IMG/VR virus record: IMGVR_UViG_3300046616_000314
Span: 496,001-560,000 of that record
Reading direction: 5' to 3' (one strand)
DNA length: 64,000 bases
Under the pieces are notes generated by a model. The model was not told the origin of the DNA, did no database searches, and was given only the letters and a program-made list of their open reading frames with translations. Both the position numbers and the translations under genes were made by a program. Below, piece after piece: positions 51,348 through 58,930 of the stretch. How positions within the stretch are numbered: the stretch's first letter is position 1; each line of letters starts with the position of its first letter.

Positions 51348-51637
51348 GAATACATAACGCGGACTAAACCGCCCTTAAGTTTGAAGTATACCGCGTCATC
51401 TACGTTGTGAAACCGAACGATAATCCGATCATTGATCGGTCTCTCAACATATAGAGTGTGCGGGAAACCTTCTAATGTGTCATATAATTTATCAGAAACA
51501 TTACTGGCTGTCCATAAAATCACGTCATGTTCGGGATCGTAGGTATATCTAAGCTTGGTCAGAAACAGATATTCAACCCGTTTATCCGATGTCCAAACGG
51601 CATCGTATACTAAGTCAATACCATCCCAGTCACTCAT
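51344..51637 (-). CDS. LKW-family small protein
   Basis: VRFHNVDDAVYFKLKG. Confidence 0.75.
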   Translation of the reverse strand: MSDWDGIDLVYDAVWTSDKRVEYLFLTKLRYTYDPEHDVILWTASNVSDKLYDTLEGFPHTLYVERPINDRIIVRFHNVDDAVYFKLKGGLVRVMYS

Positions 51638-51933
51638 CAGAAGTATTTAAGCTTGAAGACAGCCGCGTCCTCTTCGGACTTACACCGGACGACGTAAACA
51701 CACTCGCCGTTGCAGTACAGTAATTCAAAGTCGATGGGAGAGCCCTCAACCATCAGTTCTTTGATAATTTCTAGTCGGTTATCGCAGATATCGCTAAGAA
51801 TCTCATCGTCAACCAACAGGTCGCCCGGCTGTTCATGATAAGCGAAGAAATCTGAATCGATTTCGAAGTACGAACTTCCTTCGGGTGAGGGCTTAACCGT
51901 CCTGCATGTTCTGGACACGTATAATCCCCTCAA
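51637..51933 (-). CDS. LKW-family small protein
   Basis: KSEEDAAVFKLKYF. Confidence 0.75.
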   Translation of the reverse strand: MRGLYVSRTCRTVKPSPEGSSYFEIDSDFFAYHEQPGDLLVDDEILSDICDNRLEIIKELMVEGSPIDFELLYCNGECVYVVRCKSEEDAAVFKLKYF

Positions 51934-51937
51934 AAAA

Positions 51938-52012
51938 TGGTAGACCGGGTGGGGATCGAACCCACGACAATCCGATTAAAAGTCGGATGCTCTACCACTG
52001 AGCTACCGGTCC
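51938..52012 (-). tRNA. tRNA-Lys(TTT)
   Basis: Cloverleaf; TCCGA-CTTTTAA-TCGGA; GTTCGAT; CCA encoded. Confidence 0.95.
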
Positions 52013-52064
52013 ACGGTGGTATGTGTTTTTCTACAGAATTTTTGTTAGAGCGTCAAGTAGAAAA

Positions 52065-52352
52065 TCAAAGCCATTTGAATTTAAACAGAGCGTAGTCTTC
52101 TTCCGAACCAAACTCAAAGTCGATATAATAGGGAAGATGATACGAATATCCTGCAATAGATGGGCATTTGGACAAGTGTTTCTTGCACCAATCACGCACG
52201 TTACTGGTAAGACTCAAATAAAAAGACGGTGAATTACCCATGCGAGATTGATAAAGCAGATATGTGCGCTCTTGTTCAGTGTCCCAACGAAACGCCATGC
52301 TACGATCAAAGATCGTAACTTTGTCCTCACGCACAATCTTGACTTTGAACAT
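52065..52352 (-). CDS. LKW-family small protein
   Basis: WCKKH...FEFGSEEDYALFKFKWL. Confidence 0.8.
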   Translation of the reverse strand: MFKVKIVREDKVTIFDRSMAFRWDTEQERTYLLYQSRMGNSPSFYLSLTSNVRDWCKKHLSKCPSIAGYSYHLPYYIDFEFGSEEDYALFKFKWL

Positions 52353-52630
52353 CAGAACCACTTCAGCTTGAACAGAGCCATATCTTCTTCTTTCTCGAAT
52401 AGGATATAGGCTGCTTCAAGTTCGGATGCTTTATCCATACCAGTACCAACCGCTCCAAAATATTGATATACAATATTTTGATCGCTAAGCCAATACTCGA
52501 TCTCTTGATACATTTCCGTAGTCAAAACTTCTTCGGAGTAAACGCCGCCCAACAACTCGAAATGAGTCATTGCGTCGATCACCTTCCAACGTTGTTCATA
52601 CGGAATGATGAGGCAGTTCGTTAAAGCCAT
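52352..52630 (-). CDS. LKW-family small protein
   Basis: WLSDQN...LFEKEEDMALFKLKWF. Confidence 0.8.
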   Translation of the reverse strand: MALTNCLIIPYEQRWKVIDAMTHFELLGGVYSEEVLTTEMYQEIEYWLSDQNIVYQYFGAVGTGMDKASELEAAYILFEKEEDMALFKLKWF

Positions 52631-52941
52631 TTCAATTGGAACAGTACGAGATTTTCTACAGTGTCAAACTTGAGAAAATATAGCACGTCGGAATAGTAGC
52701 TGTCATACCTAAAATTGAAATCAAACTCATGCTTCCCGGCAACCTCAACCGCATCGTGCTTGAAGAAAGCATAGCCATTATGCATGGGAAGATTGTGAGC
52801 ACACCATACCCGAATGTCGGGATGTAAGATGTAATCGTAAGTACCGCGCGCAGACCAACGATAAAGCAACAAGCATTTCGTTGGTAATGCTAAGCAAGTC
52901 GGGTCCGTAAAAGGTTCGCTGGGGATCGGTAACACCGTCAA
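52621..52941 (-). CDS. LKW-family small protein
   Basis: WCAHN...KFDTVENLVLFQLKWL. Confidence 0.8.
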   Translation of the reverse strand: MTVLPIPSEPFTDPTCLALPTKCLLLYRWSARGTYDYILHPDIRVWCAHNLPMHNGYAFFKHDAVEVAGKHEFDFNFRYDSYYSDVLYFLKFDTVENLVLFQLKWL

Positions 52942-52969
52942 CCCAGAAAGATAGCGTCCATAATATTAC

Positions 52970-53284
52970 TTATACTTGGGCGCCAGCCCATCTAAGCATG
53001 AACAGCATCTTTTCGTCTACAGTTCTAAAAATAATATACGCCCCATGTTCAAAGCCGCCTGCTGGATAAACGAATATCCCATCAACGTCGTGATCGTAAC
53101 ACCATTGCAACGCCGTGGGGTGCAGCCGATGGTAAGAATGGAACGGACTGAAACCGTAATACGGAAACTCAAAAAAATTTTCAGAAGGAAAAGTGGGACT
53201 ATCAGTCACCGCCCAGGTCGTAGTGGTAATACCAACACCACCGCGACATTGGATTCCCAACTCGGATACATCATCAAACGTCAT
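52970..53284 (-). CDS. LKW-family small protein
   Basis: WCYDH...IFRTVDEKMLFMLRW. Confidence 0.8.
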   Translation of the reverse strand: MTFDDVSELGIQCRGGVGITTTTWAVTDSPTFPSENFFEFPYYGFSPFHSYHRLHPTALQWCYDHDVDGIFVYPAGGFEHGAYIIFRTVDEKMLFMLRWAGAQV

Positions 53285-53505
53285 CCGAACTTCAACCGAA
53301 ACAATGCTGCGTCGTGTTCATCAATGAACCTAAAGGTAAGGTCTACACGCTTGGTGTTCTCGTTGATTTCAACATCCGAGCATAGCCAATCATTGACCAT
53401 CATATTGTTTGTGTTACACCAATTCTTGCACTTGGTAATTGCTTCCACATAGTTCTCGTATGTTATCAAGTGAACGCAATGAGGATATTTCCAACTCGTA
53501 GTCAT
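53281..53505 (-). CDS. LKW-family small protein
   Basis: WCNTN...FRFIDEHDAALFRLKFG. Confidence 0.8.
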   Translation of the reverse strand: MTTSWKYPHCVHLITYENYVEAITKCKNWCNTNNMMVNDWLCSDVEINENTKRVDLTFRFIDEHDAALFRLKFG

Positions 53506-53756
53506 CCGAATCTCAACTTGAATGCGATAACGTCTTCTTCAAATCGGAAGTAATAGACCACTTTCCCTTCCAACAATCGCGCCGCCAAAACATACGCAGG
53601 AAGCCCCTCGGCATCCTTGCACGTTTTTCGTAGCCAATCTTCAGCCAGACCGATGGCTTGAAAACTTTCAAATTGATGGGTCAACCGATGCGGATATTTC
53701 GCAAAGTTATGAAGCGGTAAACCATTTATATCGCGCCGCCGAATAGGATGTATCAT
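53502..53756 (-). CDS. LKW-family small protein
   Basis: WLRKTC...YFRFEEDVIAFKLRFG. Confidence 0.8.
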   Translation of the reverse strand: MIHPIRRRDINGLPLHNFAKYPHRLTHQFESFQAIGLAEDWLRKTCKDAEGLPAYVLAARLLEGKVVYYFRFEEDVIAFKLRFG

Positions 53757-54010
53757 CCGAATTTCACCTTGAACATCATGGCGTCTTCTTCGCTCTCAAA
53801 CATATACGTTGTCGTTGCCGAAAAATCACCGTCTCGCTTTTTATAGTCCGTATGATACTTCCAACGAGACGTGCAGTTGTCTCGCAACCAACTATATAAC
53901 ATTTGAAACGTTGCGCGATTGCTCACAAATTGCTGCATCGAATCATAAGTGAATGCAACTATAACGTTCGGGATTGTATCAGAGTGCGGATCGCGCGCCA
54001 TCAGACCCAC
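53753..54010 (-). CDS. LKW-family small protein
   Basis: WLRDNCTSRW...MFESEEDAMMFKVKFG. Confidence 0.8.
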   Translation of the reverse strand: MGLMARDPHSDTIPNVIVAFTYDSMQQFVSNRATFQMLYSWLRDNCTSRWKYHTDYKKRDGDFSATTTYMFESEEDAMMFKVKFG

Positions 54011-54234
54011 TTCAATGCAAACATGATTGCATCTTCCTCGCTCTCAAAAAGGAACTGTATTAGTAAGTCGGGACCATCGTCATACCATTTCCACATAGTA
54101 TCGTAATTCCACCGATCTATGCAGTTTTTCTGAAGCCAAATCCGCATCTGTTCCAAATCAATTTCATCATCCATTTCGATGACGATTTTCGGATCAGTGT
54201 CTTTATGAGGACCGAGCCCGATCACGATAGCCAC
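54001..54234 (-). CDS. LKW-family small protein
   Basis: WLQKNCIDRW...LFESEEDAIMFALKWV. Confidence 0.8.
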   Translation of the reverse strand: MAIVIGLGPHKDTDPKIVIEMDDEIDLEQMRIWLQKNCIDRWNYDTMWKWYDDGPDLLIQFLFESEEDAIMFALKWV

Positions 54235-54554
54235 TTCATCTTGAACAACAAAGCATCATCGTCGCGTTGAACACTCAACATGAAATGAGACGCCTTCGGA
54301 TCATAATCCGGGTCATCACCGCGCATCATCCGCATGATGATTTTGAACTTAGCCTTCGGATGCGTAGATGACATGATCCACGCATACACTTCCGGCTTGA
54401 AAGTGACGTAATCATTGTTACGTCCGCGCTTACAACTAAATTTTTGGGGATGACTGACAGAGGTCAGAATATCAGGCAACATGATGTCCCGAAATCGTTG
54501 TCGATCCGGTTCACGAGGCTTTGGAAGCCTAATAAGAGTTGCCTGTTGACGCAT
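54222..54554 (-). CDS. LKW-family small protein
   Basis: WIMSS...QRDDDALLFKMKWL. Confidence 0.8.
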   Translation of the reverse strand: MRQQATLIRLPKPREPDRQRFRDIMLPDILTSVSHPQKFSCKRGRNNDYVTFKPEVYAWIMSSTHPKAKFKIIMRMMRGDDPDYDPKASHFMLSVQRDDDALLFKMKWLS

Positions 54555-54740
54555 AGAATAATTATCGCATGTTACGATAATTTCGTCAAGTATTGTGAAG
54601 ATGCTATCTGAATGCAGTTAGCCGAAAATTAATACCAACCTTCTCAATAAGCTGGTTTTCCAGAATCCCATCATCCACTAGGCATTACAAGTGACGATCC
54701 TGTCATCAACCTCATGATACAATAGCATCTACAGAATACT

Positions 54741-54826
54741 TGGTGCGGGCGGTCGGAATCGAACCGACACGGGCTATGCCCAACAGATTTTAAGTCTGGT
54801 GCGTCTACCAGTTTCGCCACGCCCGC
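54741..54826 (-). tRNA. tRNA-Leu(TAA)
   Basis: Cloverleaf with variable arm; loop CTTAAAA; CCA. Confidence 0.95.
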
Positions 54827-54842
54827 TCACAAGTTTACTTTC

Positions 54843-54927
54843 TGGTAGCTCTACCCGGAGTCGAACCGGGACGCCTTTCGGCAATAGATTTTGAGTCTAC
54901 CGCGTCTACCAGTTCCGCCATAGAGCC
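54843..54927 (-). tRNA. tRNA-Leu(CAA)
   Basis: Loop CTCAAAA; variable arm GCC-GAAA-GGC; CCA. Confidence 0.95.
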
Positions 54928-54970
54928 TCACAGAAAGTATTCTTGATCCTAGATCAAGGGTGGTTTGGTG

Positions 54971-55225
54971 TCAAGTTCTTTTGCCGCGTGTTCCGCCATA
55001 ATCCGAAAATTTAAACACTTCTTTGGTAGTCTTGATGTTTGAATAATCAATTCTGACGTAATACTTGCCCTTGCGTTTCTTCACTTCGGTAGAACCTCTC
55101 AGTTCGCGAATAAAGAAACTGCCATCGGGTCTTTCGAGCACGGTTCGGTTTAGCGTCTTGGAGCTATCCAATCGACCATTGACGTAGTTTTCGAAGATGA
55201 TTTCTTGTGAACCAAGGTTGTTCAT
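54971..55225 (-). CDS. Hypothetical basic protein between tRNA genes
   Basis: GAGG RBS; 84 aa. Confidence 0.6.
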   Translation of the reverse strand: MNNLGSQEIIFENYVNGRLDSSKTLNRTVLERPDGSFFIRELRGSTEVKKRKGKYYVRIDYSNIKTTKEVFKFSDYGGTRGKRT

Positions 55226-55242
55226 TCAATCCTCGAAAAATT

Positions 55243-55327
55243 TGGTGCGAGTGAGAGGAATCGAACCTCCACGCCTTTCGGCGCTAGAACCTAAATCTAG
55301 TGCGTCTACCAATTCCGCCACACTCGC
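55243..55327 (-). tRNA. tRNA-Leu(TAG)
   Basis: CTAGA-TTTAGGT-TCTAG; CCA; TTGACA promoter directly upstream. Confidence 0.95.
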
Positions 55328-55392
55328 GCAGTGACCTAAGCCACTGTTTAGAAAGTACCATACGAAATTTTTGATGTCAAAATCTAATTTCG

Positions 55393-55680
55393 TCACCAAG
55401 CCAAAAGCTGGTCACTCCCGAAACTCAGAACAAACATGAAGGCATCATCAACCAAATCAAAGTAATAGATGATGTCATATTTACCGCCCCAAACATATTG
55501 GCAATAAACTTCATGTTGCGGGCAATGCTTTTTAATCCATTGGACACGTTTCGGATGGTTGTGAACGTGATCTTTGATGCCACACTTAATGGCAACCAAA
55601 TAAATTTCATCGCCATTGGGCAGAGTGGTTTTCTCGATCTCCATCAGAACCATTCCGATTTCAAAAGCTTCCGGTCCCAC
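55393..55680 (-). CDS. LKW-family small protein
   Basis: WIKKHC...YFDLVDDAFMFVLSFG. Confidence 0.7.
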   Translation of the reverse strand: MGPEAFEIGMVLMEIEKTTLPNGDEIYLVAIKCGIKDHVHNHPKRVQWIKKHCPQHEVYCQYVWGGKYDIIYYFDLVDDAFMFVLSFGSDQLLAW

Positions 55681-55922
55681 TTCAGTTTGTACAACGCGGC
55701 ATCGGTGTCATCATCGAAGACGATGGCTTGAATCTGAAATGACGGCGCCAGGAAAATAATTTCCCATTTGCCTTTGATGTTCTGAGCCAACCATTGACCC
55801 AATTCATTTTCGGGAATAGGAACCCAACCCGTGCCATTCACCCAGACGGTTTTGCACGCTACTCCATCTACCGTTCTAGGTAGAGGGAGTGAGTGCATAT
55901 TCATGGCATTGGCGTCGATCAT
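55644..55922 (-). CDS. LKW-family small protein
   Basis: WLAQNIKGKW...FDDDTDAALYKLKW. Confidence 0.75.
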   Translation of the reverse strand: MIDANAMNMHSLPLPRTVDGVACKTVWVNGTGWVPIPENELGQWLAQNIKGKWEIIFLAPSFQIQAIVFDDDTDAALYKLKWDRKLLKSEWF

Positions 55923-56278
55923 TGACCCCGGAACTTCTTCGACAGGCGTTCGAATTCCTGGCGTTCCCGTTCCAGAACGAACACTTCGCGCTCGCGTTCC
56001 AGCTTCACGCGCTTCTCGAATTCTTCGTCGGTTTCCAGTCGGTCGCCAACCAAGCCGAGATATTGCTTGTCGGTGGTTTCCGAATAGGGACCATAATCGA
56101 CGCCGACGTATTCGAAGCGGATATTGGTGAAGACGCCCGCGCCTTCATGTTGCGTACGCAGTTCATTGATGCGCTTGATGACTTCATCGAAACTGCCTTC
56201 GACGTAGGCGTCATCGGTGATCGTCTTGGTGACGCGCAGCTTTTGGGGACCAGCGGGGGTCTTGACTTGCTTGCTCAT
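55919..56278 (-). CDS. Hypothetical protein
   Basis: Charged C-terminal helix; biased codons. Confidence 0.7.
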   Translation of the reverse strand: MSKQVKTPAGPQKLRVTKTITDDAYVEGSFDEVIKRINELRTQHEGAGVFTNIRFEYVGVDYGPYSETTDKQYLGLVGDRLETDEEFEKRVKLEREREVFVLERERQEFERLSKKFRGQ

Positions 56279-56279
56279 G

Positions 56280-56543
56280 TTATTGGTTCCAGACGGAGGC
56301 GACGACGAACTGACCGGTCGCCCGGTCCTTGATCAGGGTGGTGATTTGCAGCACGTTCCAAGCAAGAGCCTTGCCACGAACGTATTCAGCGGCGAAACGC
56401 AGGTATTCGTTGCGACCCTGTTCGGTGTCGCGTTTGCTGTCCGAATAGCTCTGGTTGAATTCCATGGTTTCGATTTGACCATCGACGTTCAGCGCGAAGG
56501 TCTTAGCGCAGCCGAGGATGTCTTCTTGGGCTTGATCGGTCAT
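56280..56543 (-). CDS. Hypothetical protein
   Basis: GGAG RBS before MTDQ; TTGACA promoter upstream. Confidence 0.7.
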   Translation of the reverse strand: MTDQAQEDILGCAKTFALNVDGQIETMEFNQSYSDSKRDTEQGRNEYLRFAAEYVRGKALAWNVLQITTLIKDRATGQFVVASVWNQ

Positions 56544-56592
56544 GTGAATCTCCATAAGCAATAATGGGAGAATATCACATATCAGAGTGTTG

Positions 56593-56919
56593 TCAAGCCC
56601 ATTTTATCTTGTAGAGGAAGGCGTCTTCTTCATTTTTGAAGAGGAAATAGTATTTGTACTTCCCGGTCTTACGATAGTCGTAAACGAGGAAGTAATCGTA
56701 TCTACTGATGTTTTTGAATAGCCAATCGTTAAGCGGCGATGGATAAACCAGTTCGCCATATTGTCTGCCAGGATTGAACTTGATTATGTTTTTAAGCTGG
56801 AAAGGGATGGTGTATCCCACGGTAAGTTTGACATCACCGAAGGCATGACACGTGTCGTACAAAAGGTCGGTGACGGTATGCACGGGCATTAATGGTCTTT
56901 CCAGGCTAAATAACAGCAT
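56593..56919 (-). CDS. LKW-family small protein
   Basis: WLFKN...LFKNEEDAFLYKIKWA. Confidence 0.75.
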   Translation of the reverse strand: MLLFSLERPLMPVHTVTDLLYDTCHAFGDVKLTVGYTIPFQLKNIIKFNPGRQYGELVYPSPLNDWLFKNISRYDYFLVYDYRKTGKYKYYFLFKNEEDAFLYKIKWA

Positions 56920-56942
56920 AACATTGTTCGGAAACTATTGCT

Positions 56943-57191
56943 ATGCGCGAATTTATGAAACTCTTTGAGAACGTCAACGAAGAAAACGATGACATTGAAG
57001 TCGAAGAATCTGCTGATACTCTAGAGGAAGCGGTTGCAAATATCAAGTCGGTTGGTATGGCACGTGAGCTATTGGCTTCGCATGGTCTAGAACATCTGAC
57101 TACAGATGGTAGCGTTATTCAGTGCATCCTTGATGCATATACCGCCGGTTATGCTGCTGGCTTCGATGCTGGCGACACCCCAGGCATCTAA
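56943..57191 (+). CDS. Small acidic protein, possible head-internal protein
   Basis: MREFMKLFENV start; TAAATA upstream. Confidence 0.65.
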   Translation: MREFMKLFENVNEENDDIEVEESADTLEEAVANIKSVGMARELLASHGLEHLTTDGSVIQCILDAYTAGYAAGFDAGDTPGI

Positions 57192-57197
57192 AAATTT

Positions 57198-57273
57198 TGG
57201 AGGATGATCTCGGATTCGAACCGAGGACCCGCAGGTTAAGGGCCTGCCGCTCTGACCACTGAGCTAATCATCC
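57198..57273 (-). tRNA. tRNA-Lys(CTT) with atypical C33
   Basis: GCAGG-CCCTTAA-CCTGC; GTTCGAAT; CCA. Confidence 0.9.
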
Positions 57274-57374
57274 TCAAGCCTTTGAAAAGGCTGAAGTTTC
57301 TGCATCGGAAGGATCACTGCTTGCAAATTCCCGAATGCTTGAGGGGCGGACCTACGGGTGCCGCCCTTCTTTTT

Positions 57375-57461
57375 TGGTGCGGTCAGAGAGGTTCGAACTC
57401 TCACGGGATTTCTCCCACAACGCCCTCAACGTTGCGCGTATACCGGTTCCGCCATGACCGC
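57375..57461 (-). tRNA. tRNA-Leu(GAG)
   Basis: CAACG-TTGAGGG-CGTTG; variable arm; CCA. Confidence 0.93.
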
Positions 57462-57479
57462 ATGAACCGTTTTAAATTT

Positions 57480-57566
57480 TGGTGCGACTAGAGGGATTCG
57501 AACCCCCACGCCCTTTCGGGCACTGCCATCTGAGGGCAGCGCGTCTACCAATTCCGCCATAGTCGC
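57480..57566 (-). tRNA. tRNA-Leu(CAG)
   Basis: CTGCC-CTCAGAT-GGCAG; CCA. Confidence 0.95.
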
Positions 57567-57579
57567 CCTTTCGGCTTAG

Positions 57580-57652
57580 CAGGCGCGGCAGGATTTGAAC
57601 CCGCGACCGTTGGTTTTGGAGACCAATGCTCTACCATCTGAGCTACACGCCT
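57580..57652 (-). tRNA. tRNA-Trp(CCA), 3' CCA not encoded
   Basis: TTGGT-CTCCAAA-ACCAA; discriminator G followed by CTA. Confidence 0.9.
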
Positions 57653-57671
57653 GCAAAACCGAAAGAATAGT

Positions 57672-57748
57672 TGGCGCGAGTTGTAGGATTCGAACCCACG
57701 ACCCCTGCGTCCGAAGCGCAGTGCTCTAATCCGCTGAGCTAAACTCGC
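57672..57748 (-). tRNA. tRNA-Arg(TCG)
   Basis: CTGCG-CTTCGGA-CGCAG; CCA. Confidence 0.93.
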
Positions 57749-57761
57749 AAAATGTACTTTG

Positions 57762-57835
57762 CAGGGATGACGGGATTCGAACCCATGACCTTTGCCTTCG
57801 CAGGGCAACGCTCTAATCCGCTGAGCTACACCCCT
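57762..57835 (-). tRNA. tRNA-Arg(GCG), 3' CCA not encoded
   Basis: TTGCC-CTGCGAA-GGCAA; discriminator G followed by CAA. Confidence 0.9.
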
Positions 57836-57953
57836 GCAAAATACATTCATAGTTGCCCCCGGTACCGGATTGCACCGGGGGCTTTGTTAAGAGACCTAAA
57901 CCGTTGGTAGAACGGCGTAGATCGGATTCACGATGTAAAAGTTGTAGAATAGA

Positions 57954-57993
57954 CAAAGAAAAACCCCGGAGACATTTCTGTCGCCGGGGTTCC
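57954..57993 (-). terminator. Attenuator terminator upstream of the six-tRNA cluster
   Basis: GGAACCCCGGCGACA-GAAA-TGTCTCCGGGGTTTTTCTTT. Confidence 0.8.
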
Positions 57994-58020
57994 AATGTGC
58001 CAGTAGAGAATTCCTATCCG

Positions 58021-58113
58021 TTAGATAGGCATACCCTCACGCACACGGCTCCCCGCGCGTCGAAGCCACTTACGGCGACGCAGCAATTTGGAGAGGGTGG
58101 ACGACAAGGACAT
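58021..58113 (-). CDS. Putative attenuator leader peptide MSLSSTLSKLLRRRKWLRRAGSRVREGMPI (30 aa)
   Basis: Manual translation; AGGA upstream; lies between promoter and terminator; codons match the downstream tRNAs. Confidence 0.75.
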   Translation of the reverse strand: MSLSSTLSKLLRRRKWLRRAGSRVREGMPI

Positions 58114-58168
58114 AATTTTCTCAGTTTCCTACAGGTGTGATTGTGCCACGAATGGCGTGTTTCGAATA

Positions 58169-58200
58169 CTATTTATCGCAGAACGATAGCCCATGGTCAA
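58169..58200 (-). promoter_or_regulatory. Promoter of the leader/tRNA operon
   Basis: TTGACC-N17-GATAAATAG, same architecture as 62846. Confidence 0.7.
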
Positions 58201-58244
58201 TAAAAAAATTCGCTTTCGTCAACTTTTTTATAACCCATTGATTT

Positions 58245-58595
58245 CTAACCAAATTTTATCTTACATAGGGCATAATCGTATTGCCAAATGTCGTAGTCTC
58301 CTTCAAACCAAACGCCTTTTTCTGAGACATCATCCCAACTGAATGCGGACCCCACGGTTTCGACTCTCCAATCGGTCGTGAAGAGGATATGATTCTTGAC
58401 TTCCGTGGGACCTAGAAAATCGTCTCGGACTTTCCGTGGTATAAAAGTACGATGATATGCGTATTGTTTGGTTTCAACCGGACCTTCCCACACGCCCAAG
58501 AAGGAACCGGAGCGATATTTTACATCGTTGCTGGACATGGCTAATTGCATGTGTTCGACCATACGCTTAGCGTCGTCGGTATCTACTAATCTCAT
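58245..58595 (-). CDS. LKW-family small protein, divergent
   Basis: VWFEGDYDIWQYDYALCKIKFG. Confidence 0.65.
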   Translation of the reverse strand: MRLVDTDDAKRMVEHMQLAMSSNDVKYRSGSFLGVWEGPVETKQYAYHRTFIPRKVRDDFLGPTEVKNHILFTTDWRVETVGSAFSWDDVSEKGVWFEGDYDIWQYDYALCKIKFG

Positions 58596-58930
58596 CTACC
58601 TAATGCCCAAACCATTTGGAATGCTTCGCGATCCTCTGCGCTAGAGAACCACATATACGCAACGTACTCTTTTCTTTTACCGATTTTGCGTTGAATGACA
58701 CAACCGGTGAAGGGACCAACTTCAAGCCGTCTTAGGGTGTCGGAAAAGCCGCCGCCTTTACTAAACACAAAAAATTTATGCGCCCATTTCAATTCGTATT
58801 TTCTATGAAAATATTTTATGTCGCCCCAGTTCATGTGAGTGCGTTCACCGCGATCTGGCGTGATCGTAAAATAATTTGCGGGTTGGTCCTCTGGATCAAA
58901 CAGAACCAGAACCGGAGTCTTATTATCCAC
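58592..58930 (-). CDS. LKW-family small protein, divergent
   Basis: WFSSAEDREAFQMVW. Confidence 0.65.
   Translation of the reverse strand: MDNKTPVLVLFDPEDQPANYFTITPDRGERTHMNWGDIKYFHRKYELKWAHKFFVFSKGGGFSDTLRRLEVGPFTGCVIQRKIGKRKEYVAYMWFSSAEDREAFQMVWALGR

Noticed and set aside
57836-57953. HDV-like theta ribozymes or tmRNA near the tRNAs
   Set aside because: Only a simple GC hairpin (57852-57884) is visible; no nested double pseudoknot, tag reading frame or tmRNA ends could be identified by eye.
57282-58140. ORFs 57282-57491, 57545-57850, 57813-57995 and 57853-58140
   Set aside because: They overlap tRNA genes or the attenuator hairpins; the 30-codon leader fits the promoter-terminator geometry better.
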